Positions 38,600 through 51,123 are shown, counted from the stretch's first letter. The stretch is 64,000 nt of DNA from Octopus bimaculoides (GCF_001194135.2 NC_068985.1:115699153-115763152), one strand, 5' to 3'. Numbers and translations are program-made. Notes: generated by a model from the sequence alone, not told the origin.

Positions 38600-39385
38600 C
38601 TGTGAGTAGGGCCGAGTAAGTTCGAGAGGAATCAGCAAGCTTGGCCATCACGTGTGTTGGCCGAAAACTAAGCTGATGAATGTTGGTGATGGCCCAGGCT
38701 CTCCTCCTCTCTACATTAGCTTCGCCGTCGAGGAGTTTATTAGCTCCTTCAAGTTCTTGGGCTCCAGAGTCACCAATAACGGACACCTAACCCTGGAGAT
38801 CAAAGGCAGATATGGTCTGTATTGCCGGTGTCCCTATAGAAGCTCCTTTATCGTTTCTGGTCTATCTCTCAGAAGACAAATGTCTGCATCAGCAACACAT
38901 CTTTCCTCTGAGTCCTCCGCTATGAAGCAGGAACGTGGTCCTTCCCAAATACCCCGGCAAAGAGAATCGACGGCTTCGATAGCAGAGCCTTTAGAACCAT
39001 CGAGAATATCGGATGATGCCAGCACGTTTCCGACAAACAACTGTGTACGCGCACGCATCAGCTCACAGCTTTCCGCCACAAAACTATCTACCGCATGCCC
39101 TGGTACGGACATGTTCTCTGCCTCCCGCTACATCATCCTACCCGGGCTTTACTCTCATTCAACGCACCAGCTGCGTACTGGTGAAGGACTCGTGGTAGGC
39201 ACCACACAAGATGGCTGGACGTGATCAGAGGCTCGACGCAATCTTGGACGATGCAGAAGGGCCGAGGCAGGACTGCCAGTGATAGAGAGCACTGTACCTG
39301 GTCAGCTCTATGCGCGATGACATCTCCATGACCATAAAACTGCGATGACTGCAACCCCGTCAAGCAAGAACATGAAGCGAAGCTA
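38600..39385 (+). mobile_element. RTE-clade LINE, 3' part of the RT ORF, decayed
   Basis: WPKTKLMN..SFKFLGSRVTNNG..LRYEAGTWS..KRIDGFDSRAFRTIENI..WYGHVLCLP.HHPTRALL..RGR..TRWLDVI. Confidence 0.8.
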
Positions 39386-39402
39386 TATATATATATATAG
39401 GA

Positions 39403-39545
39403 GCACTCCGTCGGTTACGACCACGAGGGTCCCAGCTGATACGGTCAACAGAATAGCTTGCTCGTGAAATTAACGAGCAAGTAACTGAGCAATCCACTGA
39501 CACGTGTACCCATAACATAGTTCTCAGGGAGACTCAGCGTGACAC
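39403..39545 (-). mobile_element. SINE family C 3' fragment
   Basis: Reverse complement matches the tail of the 55.2 kb element (acacgtg..ctcag..cgttaatttcacgagc..cgacggagtgc). Confidence 0.85.
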
Positions 39546-39609
39546 ATAATATATATATATATATATATATATATTTGAAGGTTTGGAGGTGATGTACAGA
39601 AATTATATA

Positions 39610-39826
39610 GAAAAAAATTAAGTTACTCAGAAATCTGGATGTTTGTACATTTACAGATTGTTATTAATGTCACATATTAAATAAAGCACTTTTCACCTAG
39701 TTGTGTAGGATCTTCAAATTGAAAATCCTACACAACTAGGTGAAAAGCGCTTTATTTAATATGTGACATTAATAAAAATCTGTAAATGTACAGACATCCA
39801 GATTTCTGAGTACCTTAATTTTTATA
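39610..39826. repeat. Imperfect palindrome (arms about 100 bp), probable Penelope-like inverted terminal remnant
   Basis: Arms diverge at several positions, so this is a real ageing repeat; each arm carries ttgaa(g/a)a-tccta cacaac tagg-tgaaa. Confidence 0.7.
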
Positions 39827-40667
39827 NNNNNNNNNNNNNNNNNNNNNNNNNNNNNNNNNNNNNNNNNNNNNNNNNNNNNNNNNNNNNNNNNNNNNNNNNN
39901 NNNNNNNNNNNNNNNNNNNNNNNNNNNNNNNNNNNNNNNNNNNNNNNNNNNNNATATATATATAATTCAAATAATATGTGAGTATATGCATATATACGTA
40001 CATGTATGTACATACCTACATCTACATGTATATATAGATGCATATCTGGGTACAGTACGTTACAAAAAAAGCGTAGACAAGATGGGAAATAGAACATAAA
40101 CAGGGCACAGAAAACACACAGGCCACATAGAGAACAGTCAAAATAATACTGGTTTAGCCACATCAAATGATGAACTATATTACTAATAAGCAACACTGTC
40201 AGTTCCAAAATATTGTCGCTTAAACATATTACATACACAGCATTCCAAATGTGTTTCAGTCATTTTTCTGGAATTGTACAGTCTATAATCGCATAACACA
40301 CACAAAAAGACACACACACACACACACACACACGTACGCACACACGCACGCACATGCACATACTCATGCATGCATTTTGGCATGCATGTGTATGATTATG
40401 CGACGGCATATGTGTGCATGTGTGTGCTCTGATGTGTATCCCATTATTTTTATGTTGCTTTTAATTTTATGCTAATCTCTTCCCGTACCTCACCCCGTTC
40501 TATCGGAACACCTCCTACCATCCACATACTACGACCATGACGAATTTTAAAACGTTTAAGCCATTAACAGGGATTGAGTTTAGACAGAAATATATTTTCT
40601 ATTAAGCGACTGATTTCTCCCCGCCTCCACCCTATCCTATTTCTCCCTAATTAAAATGCCACCCAAA

Positions 40668-41640
40668 TCTATATCACTGTGTCACTCTCCCTACCCTGTA
40701 GCCACCTCCCCCGCCATCAACAACGCATTACTACCACCTAACCGCCCACTATACGAAACCACCAGCGGCACACTGTTACATACTACGCAATCACCCCGAC
40801 CACAGAGCCACTACATTACCGTCACCATCAACACCACCACCACCACCATCACCACCACCACCACAACTACCACNNNNNNNNNNNNNNNNNNNNNNNNNNN
40901 NNNNNNNNNNNNNNNNNNNNNNNNNNNNNNNNNNNNNNNNNNNNNNNNNNNNNNNNNNNNNNNNNNNNNNNNNNNNNNNNNNNNNNNNNNNNNNNNNNNN
41001 NNNNNNNNNNNNNNNNNNNNNNNNNNNNNNNNNNNNNNNNNNNNNNNNNNNNNNNNNNNNNNNNNNNNNNNNNNNNNNNNNNNNNNNNNNNNNNNNNNNN
41101 NNNNNNNNNNNNNNNNNNNNNNNNNNNNNNNNNNNNNNNNNNNNNNNNNNNNNNNNNNNNNNNNNNNNNNNNNNNNNNNNNNNNNNNNNNNNNNNNNNNN
41201 NNNNNNNNNNNNNNNNNNNNNNNNNNNNNNNNNNNNNNNNNNNNNNNNNNNNNNNNNNNNNNNNNNNNNNNNNNNNNNNNNNNNNNNNNNNNNNNNNNNN
41301 NCTATATCACTGTGTCACTCTCCCTACCCTGTAGCCACCTCCCCCGCCATCAACAACGCATTACTACCACCTAACCGCCCACTATACGAAACCACCAGCG
41401 GCACACTGTTACATACTACGCAATCACCCCGACCACAGAGCCACTACATTACCGTCACCATCAACACCACCACCACCACCATCACCACCATCACCACTAC
41501 CCCCTCCATCACCCACCACCAGCCACCACCATCACCTCTACCATCATTACCATCGGCCCCACATCCACTACTACAGCTCTTCAACACCACCACCACAACA
41601 ACAACACCAACAACAACAATAACACCAGCAACAACATTAA
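40668..41640. repeat. (CAC/ACC)n low-complexity region; about 170 bp duplicated on both sides of the N gap
   Basis: Sequence from 41302 onward repeats about 40669-40850 exactly; probable contig-end overlap. Confidence 0.85.
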
Positions 41641-41987
41641 CCTCTCTCTGTCGTTCCCTTCATCTTGAAAAATGGGGAAAATTTTTTTCAAAAGAACCGA
41701 CTTAAATTTTAGTTTGAAATTGCATTTATTTCGAGGAATGTGGTTGAAATTACACCTTGACTAGAGGAAAGGGCGGTGGTTTGGTGGTTGTTAAAGAGGT
41801 GACGGGGTACGTTGTCGACTTCCTGTAGTAATAGAGATATTAGAGACCCAGATCAACAATGATCGAGCCGAACTATGAGCAATGGCGTTCTGGTTATGAC
41901 CATTCCTACTTGTAATCTAGTCAAACTACAGTATATCTAAAACTACATTACTTTGTGTATCCTGCATGTTTTAATATATAAACAGTA

Positions 41988-42205
41988 CGATGGGGAGCTG
42001 TAAAGTTCCTGGCTTTAAGGGTGTCGTAAAATGCCTGGTTGGAGGCCCAGCCTTCCGAGTTTTTTTTTTACAGGGTTTAGAAAAACTGAAGGACAGATGC
42101 AATGAATGTGTGAATCTGATAGGGGGATATGTTGAATAAAATTAAATTAACTGATCCTCCAGTATTTTGTTTTACTCAAAGCAGGAAATTTTCAGCACCC
42201 CCTTG
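41988..42205. mobile_element. Tc1/mariner MITE with TA TSD; second partial copy at about 42300-42465
   Basis: ta|cgatggggagctgtaaagttcctggcttt ... aaagcaggaaattttcagcacccccttg|ta form imperfect TIRs. Confidence 0.8.
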
Positions 42206-42549
42206 TATGTATGTATGTATCTATCTATCTATCTGTCTATCTATCTATCTATTTATTTATCTATGTGTGTGCGCATTTATGTATGTATTTATGTGTACCT
42301 TGTTGGAAGCCCAACCTTCCGAGTCCTTTTACGGGGTTTAGAAAACTGAAGGACCGCTGTAATAAGTGTGTGACTCTGAGAGGAGGATAGTTAAAATAAA
42401 GTCCTAATTAACTGATCCTTCTGTGATTTCTTTTATCCAATCTAGGAACGTTTCAGCACCCTTTGTAAGGTGTGATTTTCTAGGCATTTCACTGGTATTT
42501 CTAACACATTCAGCGATCACCTGCATGCTCTCTCATTACACTTTACTCT

Positions 42550-42757
42550 TTACTTTTTTACTTGTTTCCGTCATTTGACTGTGGCCATGCTGGAGCACCG
42601 CCTTTAGTCGAGCAAATCGACCCCACGAATTATTCTTTGTAAGCCTAGTACTTATTCTATCGGTCCCTTTTGACGAACCGCTAGGTTACGCGGACGTAAA
42701 CACACCAGCACCGGTTGTCAAGCGATGTTGGGGGGATGACAAACACAGACACACAAG

Positions 42758-42803
<46 letters not shown>

Positions 42804-43220
42804 CTCTCTTTTACTCTCTTTTACTTGTTTCAGTCATTTGACTGCGGCCATGCTGGAGCACCACCTTTAGTCGTGGAAATCGACCCCGGGACTTATTCTT
42901 TGTAAGCCTAGTACTTATTCTATCGGTCTCTTTTTGCCGAACCGCTAAGTTACGGGGACATAAACACACCAGCATCGGTTGTCAAGCGATGGTGGGGGGG
43001 GGACAAACACAGACACACAAACACACATACATATATATATATACATACATATATACGACGGGCTTCTTTCAGTTTCCGTCTACCAAATCCACTCACAAGG
43101 CTTTGGCCGGCCCCGAGGCTATAGTAGAAGACACTTGCCCAAGGTGCCACGCAGTGGGACTGAACCCGGAACCATGTGGTTGGTAAGCAAGCTACTTACC
43201 ACACAGCCACTCCTGCGCCT
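42550..43220 (-). mobile_element. Two tandem SINE family A copies (partial 42550-42800; full length and young 42803-43220)
   Basis: The full copy has an intact aggcgcaggagtggctgtgtggtaag head, gggttcagtccc B box and (aaagagagt)n tail. Confidence 0.95.
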
Positions 43221-43399
43221 ATAGGTGCCATGCAGTGGGGATTTATGTCGTCATAGTTGGTGATGGTGTTGTTATTGGTATTGATGGTTTGTGGCTAGCT
43301 TGCTTACCTGATAGATGTTTAGGTGATAGTGGTAAACTATCATACTATTATTGGTGATGATTATATTGTTGAGGATTTCGTATAAATGGTTACTTTCCT

Positions 43400-43900
43400 T
43401 TTCATGCTTTCACGTCGGATAAAATAAGTCCCAGTTGATGATCGGGATCGATGTCATCGACCAAGATCCTTTATCTAAAATGTTTGGATTTGTGCCAAAG
43501 ATTGAAATCGTTATAAATGCAGCAAACAGAAATGTTAGCGAATCTGATAAAACGCTTAGCGGCATTTCTTGCAACTCATTGGGTTCTAGGTTCAAATTCT
43601 GCAGAATTTACTTTTTCACATTTTTGGAGTCGACAAAATAAGTATCAGTTGAACACTGGGGTTGATGTGATCGGCTTGCTCCTTTCCTAAAATTGCAGGT
43701 CTTGTGCCAAAATTTGAAATCTTTATTACGCCAACGAACTAGTAGGATCGTTAACGAGTCTGACAAAATTATTTGCGGCATTTCTTGCAACTCTTTATGT
43801 TCTGGATCCAAATTCCACAGGGAATTTCGGGTTCGATAAAAAATTGTACCAATTGAACACCGGGGGGCGTCCTTTAAAATTGCTGGCATTGTGCCAAATT
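43400..43900 (+). mobile_element. Array of about 3 old SINE family B copies
   Basis: Repeated gtcg..aaaataagt..cagtt..ggggttgatgt and ttgtgccaaaatttgaaa motifs. Confidence 0.7.
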
Positions 43901-44274
43901 AAAAAACGTGATGATGGTATTTCTTTTGGTGCTATTTGCGTTTTTTAGTCCCTTGCTAACTCGCACTGAACAGAACAATGATCAAAGGAATTCCATAGAT
44001 GATCATCCTGTAATTTTCATTTTCCAGATATAATTTTTCTCAGACGTGATCATAATTATCATACAATATGCCATTTAATTCAAATATGCTTTTGAGTGAT
44101 ATTTTGTTGCTATTTCCGATCATTACATTGCCTTCTTTGGTTTTATTCTTGCTAGATCCTGGTGAATCCTGCTGGAGCAAAGCTAGAAGTCTGCTAGTCA
44201 AATCTGCTTTCGAATATTTAAATCTAGGTTAATCATGGGAGAAATTGCGGATCACGGATCTTTATGAATGGCAG

Positions 44275-44460
44275 GCGTGTGTGTATGTGTGTCTTTGTGT
44301 CTATGTTTTTCCCCATAACCATTGTTTGACAGCCGATGTTGGGGTGTTCGGCAAAAGACACCGATGAAATAAGTATTAGGCTTACAGAGAATAAGCCCTG
44401 GGGTCGATTTCTTTGACTAAAAATCCATTTTTAAGGCGATCCTTCAGAATGGAGCACCGC
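44275..44460 (+). mobile_element. SINE family A body and tail fragment
   Basis: tttgacagccgatgttgg..aataagtattaggcttac..ccctggggtcgatttc. Confidence 0.75.
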
Positions 44461-44503
44461 ATTGAAAAATGAATAAGCCGCGTTTATATGATTAACAGTT
44501 AAA

Positions 44504-44835
44504 GACCCCTTTCGGTCATGAATGACCATTGAATTGCACCTAGAAATTTATCCTCTGAGGCACAAGTCCGGACAAGGTTGTTTATGGCAGACCAGCAGTC
44601 GCCCATGCATATCAGCCTTCCTTCGCAACGCCGCCAATGTTATCCAAGGGAACGGCAAAGGCCGATACATTTTGGCATCAGTGATGTTGCCAGCCATTTC
44701 TACAGCTGAGTGAACTGGAGGGATGGAAAATAAAGCGTTTTGGTCAATAGCACAACACAAAACCCGGTCCGAGAATCGAACTCTCTCTTTCATGATTGTG
44801 AGCCCGACGCTCTAACCACTGAGCCATGATGGCCT
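44504..44835 (-). mobile_element. SINE family D (tRNA head, CORE-like centre), full length
   Basis: A box TGGCTCAGTGG and B box GAGTTCGATTC; tgtgttgtg..ccagttcactcagctgtagaaatgg CORE-like block; tail ggtcattcatgaccgaaaggggtc. Confidence 0.8.
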
Positions 44836-44900
44836 TATACAGAAGCTGAGTAGACGGAACTATTTTCCACCTTCCCGTTTATATATTTTGCTATTACCAC

Positions 44901-45171
44901 CACCGGTAAGGGAACGATATTTGCTTAGAAGATACAAACCCAGGGCCAAGATTATTTTAACAAACAAGGTCTTGTGTTCTTTTTTACTTTATTTTAATTC
45001 TTTGCTGTCTAAGAAGAAACCTAACTTCAAGCTACATTTTACAGATCACGTTTTACGCAGTTTTCTCTACATGTGAAAAATAAGCAGGGGTGCAGATTTT
45101 GATTTTGCACCCCACAAAAAAACTTACGTGATGTGCTTGCACCCGGCGAACCCCCTGTTCACGGGCCGATG
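44901..45171. mobile_element. Probable hAT-type MITE (271 bp)
   Basis: Perfect 8-bp TSD attaccac (44893-44900, 45172-45179); degenerate TIRs caccgg..gaac / catcgg..gaac. Confidence 0.55.
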
Positions 45172-45370
45172 ATTACCACGTCTACTACCATAACCTAAAC
45201 CACGCTATAAACAGCCAACACTACAGTCTTTACCAGGTTTGTCATTGCCAAAAAATAACCTCGGTATCACCACCAACAAATCAAACTGACTCAGCGCTTC
45301 CTTTCCACACACAACTCTGAACAGAACTACAATCTCTACAGTAACATCACCTCTCGTACTTCCACCGCAG

Positions 45371-45531
45371 CAACAATAACAACATCAGCTAGTACTAACA
45401 ACTACTACCACCACAAGAACAATATCAACAAGTAGTACTACATCCTCCACTACAACGGCGACTACTACAACTATTACTGATACTACAACAACTAATACTT
45501 CCTTTATTACACATACTATTACAACTACACT

Positions 45532-45568
<37 letters not shown>

Positions 45569-45739
45569 NNNNNNNNNNCAACAATAACAACATCAGCTAG
45601 TACTAACAACTACTACCACCACAAGAACAATATCAACAAGTAGTACTACATCCTCCACTACAACGGCGACTACTACAACTATTACTGATACTACAACAAC
45701 TAATACTTCCTTTATTACACATACTATTACAACTACACT

Positions 45740-45811
<72 letters not shown>

Positions 45812-46318
45812 CACCACCACAACCACTAAGACTACCACACAGTAACGACCACAACCATCACCAACACCACCACCAACACTAAGACCACCACTGCCACAAA
45901 TATCGCCACGGCCACCAGCACCACCACCAAAACCAACATCATCGTCATCATCACCACCAAGACTACCAACACCACAACTACCACATGTTTCACCACCAAC
46001 AACAACGCCACCAACTACACAGCAAAATACCACCACCACACCCACACCACCAGGGCAAGCACCACAACCACCACTACTGCAACCACCGCCTAGACCACTA
46101 CTACCGTAATCACCACCAAAACCACCACCAGTACCACTGACACATACACAAAGTCTACCACTACCTCAACGACCACAACCACCGCCTCCGGCACCACCAG
46201 CAGCACCACTACGACTACCACCACCACAACCACCACCATCACCACCACCCCACTACCACCACCCCACTACCACCACCACAGTTACCTCCACCACTGGCAA
46301 CAGTACTATCAACCTCTC
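45371..46318. repeat. (ACT)n/(ACC)n low-complexity tract; about 190 bp duplicated across the 10-N gap
   Basis: 45579-45770 repeats about 45371-45568; source of the Val- and Ser-rich pseudo-ORFs. Confidence 0.9.
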
Positions 46319-47992
46319 NNNNNNNNNNNNNNNNNNNNNNNNNNNNNNNNNNNNNNNNNNNNNNNNNNNNNNNNNNNNNNNNNNNNNNNNNNNNNNNNNN
46401 NNNNNNNNNNNNNNNNNNNNNNNNNNNNNNNNNNNNNNNNNNNNNNNNNNNNNNNNNNNNNNNNNNNNNNNNNNNNNNNNNNNNNNNNNNNNNNNNNNNN
46501 NNNNNNNNNNNNNNNNNNNNNNNNNNNNNNNNNNNNNNNNNNNNNNNNNNNNNNNNNNNNNNNNNNNNNNNNNNNNNNNNNNNNNNNNNNNNNNNNNNNN
46601 NNNNNNNNNNNNNNNNNNNNNNNNNNNNNNNNNNNNNNNNNNNNNNNNNNNNNNNNNNNNNNNNNNNNNNNNNNNNNNNNNNNNNNNNNNNNNNNNNNNN
46701 NNNNNNNNNNNNNNNNNNNNNNNNNNNNNNNNNNNNNNNNNNNNNNNNNNNNNNNNNNNNNNNNNNNNNNNNNNNNNNNNNNNNNNNNNNNNNNNNNNNN
46801 NNNNNNNNNNNNNNNNNNNNNNNNNNNNNNNNNNNNNNNNNNNNNNNNNNNNNNNNNNNNNNNNNNNNNNNNNNNNNNNNNNNNNNNNNNNNNNNNNNNN
46901 NNNNNNNNNNNNNNNNNNNNNNNNNNNNNNNNNNNNNNNNNNNNNNNNNNNNNNNNNNNNNNNNNNNNNNNNNNNNNNNNNNNNNNNNNNNNNNNNNNNN
47001 NNNNNNNNNNNNNNNNNNNNNNNNNNNNNNNNNNNNNNNNNNNNNNNNNNNNNNNNNNNNNNNNNNNNNNNNNNNNNNNNNNNNNNNNNNNNNNNNNNNN
47101 NNNNNNNNNNNNNNNNNNNNNNNNNNNNNNNNNNNNNNNNNNNNNNNNNNNNNNNNNNNNNNNNNNNNNNNNNNNNNNNNNNNNNNNNNNNNNNNNNNAT
47201 ATATTATATAGAGAGAGAGGGAGAGAGAGGGTGAAGGACGGAGGGGGAGTTAGGGAGGGGGAGGGCGAGAGAGGGTGAAGGACGGAGGAGGAGTTAGGGA
47301 GGGGGAGGGCGAGAGGGAGAGACATTAAAGAGAGAAATTAGAGAGGGATGATATTGAGGGGAGTACGGAGTAATCTACAGAAAGAGGACGAGCTAGGGTG
47401 TTTTACAGACAGAAACTCACACACGCACACATACACAGAGCAGCACAAACACAACAAGTATATAACGAAGACGAAAGGGAAGGGTGAACCATGCAACGAG
47501 ACAGTGAGAAAAAGAGAGAGTGAGAGAGGGGGAGTAATAGGCTGGAATGCTTGAAAGAGTGTAAATGTTAAAGAGGATGCCGAAAGGAAAAAGCGTAATC
47601 GAAACGTTTAAGACACACGAATATGTTTTGGAATGGAAGAGAGTTAACGTAGTATGTGTGCGGGAGGTGGAGACAAAGGGTGTGCTAGGTAGGGAGAGGA
47701 AATGAGCAAGCAGAAAAAGGCAGGAGAGATTACAAAATAGAGAGAAGAGGGAAAGTGTGTAAGGAGAGGGAAAAGGGAAGCGAAGAAATATATGCGTCTC
47801 TGTGTGTGAGAGCGGGAGAGAGTAAACTTGTGTGTGAGTATGTGTGTGTGTGTGGATGAAGTTCTAAGGAACAGACCATCGTTTGGAGACTGCGAATGTG
47901 TATTCTCGTCTCTATATGAAGCGGCAGTTTATCCAGATTCTCTAAAATCCAGAATCACACACACACAAGCACACACATGTACACACACATAG

Positions 47993-48052
<60 letters not shown>

Positions 48053-50446
48053 GCCCAACTCTTCGTAACGCCGGTGTTAAAACGGAGGTAGCTGATGAAG
48101 GAAAATGTTCTCTATGTGGCTTGTGTGTTTTCTGTACTCTAGTTATTATTATTTTCTTGTCTACGTTTTGTTTGCAATGTCCTGTACCCAGATATGCACC
48201 TATATACACAGGTAGACGTAGGTATGCACATACCTGTAGGTATATATGCATATACTCATTTATTATTTGTGATATATATATATATATATATATATACACA
48301 TGCACACATCTATATATGATGTAAGGTAGCTTAGTAATGAGTATAATCATTGCACATTTATAAACTGTCAATCGAAAAAGCCATTTAGTCCTCCTAATGA
48401 TATACGGTTTTTACGAAATCTATCACATAAATGTCTCGTCTCAGTTAAATGCAATGCCGAATCATCGCATAGGTTATTATGTACTCCAACAGAAAATTCA
48501 CATATTTTATAGGTTTGGCAGGCATATGTTCGTTCTGTTGACGAAGTTTTGATTTTTACCGCTGTCTAATGTGACCAATCTTACAAACGCACCCGCGGTT
48601 TCAAGATGTATATTCGAAACTGTGTATTGATATTTATAGGGTTGCCTTTTCTTGCGCCTCGTTGCAATTTTGCGCTTTTCATGCAGTTCTCTTCAAAATC
48701 CTTGAAACACTTCAGAATAAATTTGTTTTTCATTTGATGCTTTATCAATATCAAATAACTACTCATATCCATGCTACCAGCCATTCCATCTCTTCAACAT
48801 TTCTTCACCTTTCTCTTAGTTACATTCACTTTCAGTTCCCTCCTCTCACACACTCTTCCAAACTCTACCACCAGTCTCCTCAGTTGTTCTTAGGAATCCG
48901 CCACCAGTGCTGTATCATCAGCAAGGAACAACTATCTCAACTGTCATTTCTCTTCATTTTCTCCCACCATTTGGGTTCTACTACCAAAGGTTCTGGCATT
49001 TATCTCCATCACCACACCGTCCATATATAAATTAAACAGCCATGGAGACATCACACAACCCTGTCTTAACCTCACCTTCCCACCAAACATCTCACTTCAC
49101 CACCCATTCTAACGCACGTTCTAACAGCTCTCAACAATCTACCATCTATTCCGTACAACCGCGACACCTGCCATATTGCATCCCTATCCACACGGTCATA
49201 TGCGTTCTCTAAGTCCATAAAGGCCCAATGCACACCACTCTCTTTCGCCAAAAACTTCTCACACATCTGCCTAACTACAAATATATTACCTGCAAACCCC
49301 CTTCCACTCTCAAAACCGCACTGCTCCTTCCCTATTACACTCTCTGTCTGGTTCCTGACCCTTACAATCAGAATTCTCTCATACAGTTTATCAACCACAC
49401 ACAATAGGCTTATACTCCTAAAATTTCCACACTCATATTTATCCCCTTTCCCCTTGTACAATGGCACTATACAGGCACTGTACCAGTCCGTTGGTACTCT
49501 TCCAGCCATATAACAAACATTCATAAGCCTCACTAACCATTCAATCACTATCACTCCTCCTTACTTTAAGCATCCTAACGTACATCCATCTATACCTGGC
49601 ACCTTCCGGTTTGCCCTCTTCCGCAAGGGTTCCCTCACCTCTTCCCATCCAATTGCTCCGTAGTTCCATTCCCCAACAGCAGGCATTCTCCTCTCTCCTA
49701 CGACAGCCACTATACTTACCTCCTATCATCCTCCACATTTAACACTAAAATACTCTGGCTGGAAGAGTACCAAAGGACTGGTACAGTGCCTGTATAGTTC
49801 CACTGTACAAGAGGAAAGGGGATAAACTACTCCTCTGTACTTCCGTTCAATAAATGTCCATTTATATCCTTCCCTCTTTCTTCCCTTCCTCCAACCACCT
49901 TTCTTATCCTCTATTCCTCTTTCCAAAACATGTTTATTTCTTACAAAATGTTCACTCACCTTTTTCCCGAACCTTTCACTCACCTGCCGTTTCTCCACAC
50001 CCACCACTCTCTTTACTCTCCTCTTCACTTATCTGTAGCGATCATAAGCTTCTCCATCCCTTTTCTGCAGCCAGTCCTCAAAGACCATTTTCTCTGCCCT
50101 TACCCGCTCAACACCTTACTTCACACCCATTCCAACTACTCGCGTACCACGTACCTCAGAGGTATATCTCCTTAATGCCTCTCTAAAAGCCTCCCAGCCC
50201 TACTCCCTACCTCCAATCTTCCGTTTCTTAAGCTCTAACTTTCTCTACATGGTCCTGCTCCTTCTCTTATCCAGTTCTCTCACCTTCACAACCTCTCTCC
50301 TCGCCGCCACTCGTCTAGCATTCCGTTTTGAGCACACCTTCAACTTATCTTGTACTAAGAAGTGATTTGACACTCCTCCACCTTCACCTTTCATTGCATG
50401 CACATCCACCAACTTTCCTACCACTTTCTTATCAATTAGTACATAT

Positions 50447-50835
50447 AGGCGCAGAAGTGGCTGTGTGGTAAGTAGCTCGCTTACCAACCACATGGTTCCG
50501 GGTTCCGTCCTACTGCGTGGCACCTTGGGCAAGTGTTTTCTACTATAGCCTCGGGCCGACCAAAGCCTTGTGAGTGGATTTTGTAGGTGGAAATTGAAAG
50601 AGGCCCGTTGTTTGTGTGTCTGTGTTTGTCCCCCNNNNNNNNNNACATCGCTTGACAACCGATACTGGTGTGTTTAAGTACCCGCCAATTAGCGGTTCGG
50701 CAAAAGAAACCGATAGAATAAGTACTAGGCTTACAAAGAATAAGTCCTGGGGTAGATTTGCTCGACTAAAAAGGCGGTGCTCCAGCATGGCCGCAGTCAA
50801 ATGACTGAAACAAGTAAAACAGTAAAACAGTAAAC
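50447..50835 (+). mobile_element. SINE family A, full length, inserted antisense into the RTE endonuclease
   Basis: Intact head and (aaacagt)n tail; splits the RTE codons LLD|YVL. Confidence 0.95.
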
Positions 50836-51061
50836 AGTCTAACAAGGCCCTATCCACTACTGTTCGTCCCTCCACCATGTGAACTTACGCTTCTCCCGCT
50901 ATTTAAAAAGACTATTCCCTACCGCCAACTCCTGCGCCATACACATTTCTAACAACTTCCCTCCACTCTCATTCCGACCAGGAACTCCATATTTTCCCAT
51001 TACATTTTATAGCTCCCCATTTCCCACTCGCGCATTCAAATCATCCAGCACTTCCACATAA

Positions 51062-51123
51062 CGGGAACTGACTGAGTGTGTGAATAGGGTAGGGACCCTA
51101 TTCACACACTCAGTCAGTTCCCG
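51062..51123. repeat. Perfect 29-bp inverted repeat with 4-nt loop inside the RTE ORF
   Basis: cgggaactgactgagtgtgtgaatagggt aggg accctattcacacactcagtcagttcccg. Confidence 0.97.

Noticed and set aside
40656-41705. 349-aa Thr/Pro-rich mucin-like ORF
   Set aside because: Built from (CAC)n low complexity, an N gap and an exact gap-flanking duplication; no splice or homology support.
45371-45790. About 190-bp direct repeat resembling a tandem duplication
   Set aside because: The identical copies are separated by exactly 10 N, typical of unmerged contig overlap.
209-47325. Long ORFs (150-430 aa) in the supplied track, e.g. 209..1423, 26721..28035, 33174..34113, 46309..47325
   Set aside because: They are N runs translated as X, flanked by (TA)n giving YI/IY repeats; no coding information.
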